Shown: positions 62,066 through 64,000 of the stretch, one piece after another
How positions within the stretch are numbered: the stretch's first letter is position 1
Layout of the letters: each line of letters starts with the position of its first letter
Source of the DNA: Schizochytrium sp. TIO01
Lineage: Eukaryota > Protista > Bigyra: Labyrinthulomycetes
Length of the DNA stretch: 64,000 bases
Assembly: GCA_004764695.1 (NCBI GenBank)
Contig: SMSO01000007.1
Location: 372,001 to 436,000 of the forward strand
Direction of reading: 5' to 3'
Made by a program: the position numbers and the translations under genes
The notes under the pieces: model-generated
Told to the model about the DNA's origin: nothing
The model's input: only the letters and a program-made list of their open reading frames with translations
Database searches by the model: none

Positions 62066-64000
62066 GGGGACTATGCTCCACGTATTCCTTTTAGAAAAGT
62101 CTCAGTTACTTCTCGTGCAGGAGATAAATTGGGTTGTCAGCTCTCGCGAACCCCCTGTTGCAAGTTGGATTAGCAAAGAGTCTTGCGAGACCTTAGACTG
62201 CTCGCGAGAGCTGACGCCAACTGTAGCTAGCCAGCGTCAAGCTGCTCAGGGAACTTGGCAAGCTCGTAGGGAGCTCACTTGCCTGAGTATCGTCTTTGAG
62301 CTTGAGTTTCACGTTTGTTTAGTCTAGTCTGCGGCAGGTTTCAAAGTATTTCCATCAGGCTGTCTGGCACATGTAAGCCCAAGAATTTTTAAATTTATGT
62401 TTTATTTAAATGTAAAAAATAACTTGTAGTAGAATAGACTGTAGATTATCTATTGCTTTTATTGCTGATTCCATTCTCAAAAAGTGACAACATCACTAAA
62501 GACACACAGCATTTGTGCACAGAAATCACTTGCCGTCTTGTCTCGCGTTATTCTATATATCAGCTTGCTTAAGTACATATACTGACTGCATCATCATGCT
62601 TTGATTGTTATGTCCAGTTTGATCTCTATGTCTTTTTGCCTGCGAGCAAGCGGTAGCATCAGCAGCAGCAGAAGAAGAAGAAGAAGAAGAAGAAGAATAT
62701 GGGGGCAACAGCGAGGACGATGGCTGATGCGATGTGTGTTGCGTGCAGAAAACAGGCACAAGCCACTTCTAGATTTCCCTCGCTCGCAAGAGAATGTACT
62801 GGCAGAAGGTTTAGAAGATAGTAGGACCTAGTTATGTACCTTTTAGTCGCACCTGCTCCTTCCATTCAGCAACATGTTAAGAACTACTAATAAAATTATA
62901 CACCAAACTATAACTACCGAGGCTATTTCTTTAAATCGTCCTTTGCTTGTGTAAAATAAAAAACCAAGTCAGAACATATTACTATTTGAATCGAGAAGTA
63001 TCTACCACCAATACAACAACAACATTAGCAACAACAAGCAAAAGCAAGGAATTCAGAAAAGCAATACAAACACGATTAAGGTCATGAACAATAACTTTCG
63101 ATTATGATCTTGATTTCTTCAATAAAGGCCAAGGCCTCCGAGTTTACAAACTCCCAGAGTCTACACAAGCAGTCCAAGCCACCAACAATATCGACATATT
63201 CTCTCTATCTCTCTTTACCTTTCTTTCTCTTTCGTGAGGCAGTGCATGGAGGCAAGCAAGCTGCTTTAGTTTGCACAGAAAGAGGCACATGCCACTTCTC
63301 GACTTCCCTCGCTCGCAAAAGAATGTACACCGCCGAACACAATGTGGCAACGCAGCTCTGGCAGAACTCGCATAGCTAGTGCATACCTTCTTCTACATCG
63401 TGTACCTCTTCCTGACCATTTTATGAACCTGCTGCTGTAATTGCTGTGGGTGTGCACACCATTGACTTGGCTGTATTTATAAAGCTGGGTAGAAACTTAG
63501 AAGCACGTGTCGCACACTTAGGCAAGCTAGTAGTATCTAGCTAGTCGTAGTCGCGACGCTCGGTTCACCTCAGCGACTTTGATGCCCGGTTCAATTCACT
63601 TGCTCAACTCAATTGGGCGAGATCACTCAAGCTTGAAACTTCAGAAGGTAGCTGTTATTTGAGCAAGTAGAATGCCATCAGCGTGAGAGTGCCAGTGGCT
63701 GGCCAGCAAAAAGTATAGAGATTGGGCTCTGCACAAGCCGGACTTAAATGGCAGGCAGTGACTTGTGCAACTAATCAATAATCCATTCTGAAAAGGATCT
63801 TTTGAGGGTACGTACCTACTTCTACTTCTATTTCTATTTCTACTACCTTCAAATTTTTTCTCCTTCTTTTCTGTCAAGTTAAAGTTGATAAGGAAAAAAA
63901 ATTAAAATTAAAAAAATGTTTGATGGTCTATCTCGTAGTTTCTAAAAGAACGACTTCACCTCGTGCCCTCAAGCCTTTTCCATTCCCACGACTAGCATCT

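Overview
Eukaryotic genomic DNA, not prokaryotic. Genes have no obvious introns in the coding sequence and are separated by long intergenic tracts rich in tetranucleotide microsatellites and poly-A/T. Gene content and style suggest a stramenopile protist, most likely a thraustochytrid (Aurantiochytrium/Schizochytrium-like); this is an inference. About eight intact genes are supported: two paralogous CDF metal transporters that lack the C-terminal domain and have non-canonical metal sites, a disordered Pro/Ser-rich protein, an EI24-family membrane protein, a BTB/POZ + P-loop GTPase with a LIR-like motif and CaaX box, ESCRT-II subunit SNF8/VPS22, a stramenopile-type Ser/Thr kinase, and a fibro-slime/PA14 + L-type lectin + filamin/Ig single-pass receptor. 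At about 32.3-34.1 kb, mostly missed by the ORF track, is a decayed gene with restriction-endonuclease-like (PD-(D/E)xK) motifs followed by a short kinase, the Crinkler-type REase+kinase architecture. Several other intergenic stretches look like eroded coding sequence. No rRNA, tRNA, CRISPR array or intact transposon was recognised. Most short ORFs in the track are artefacts.
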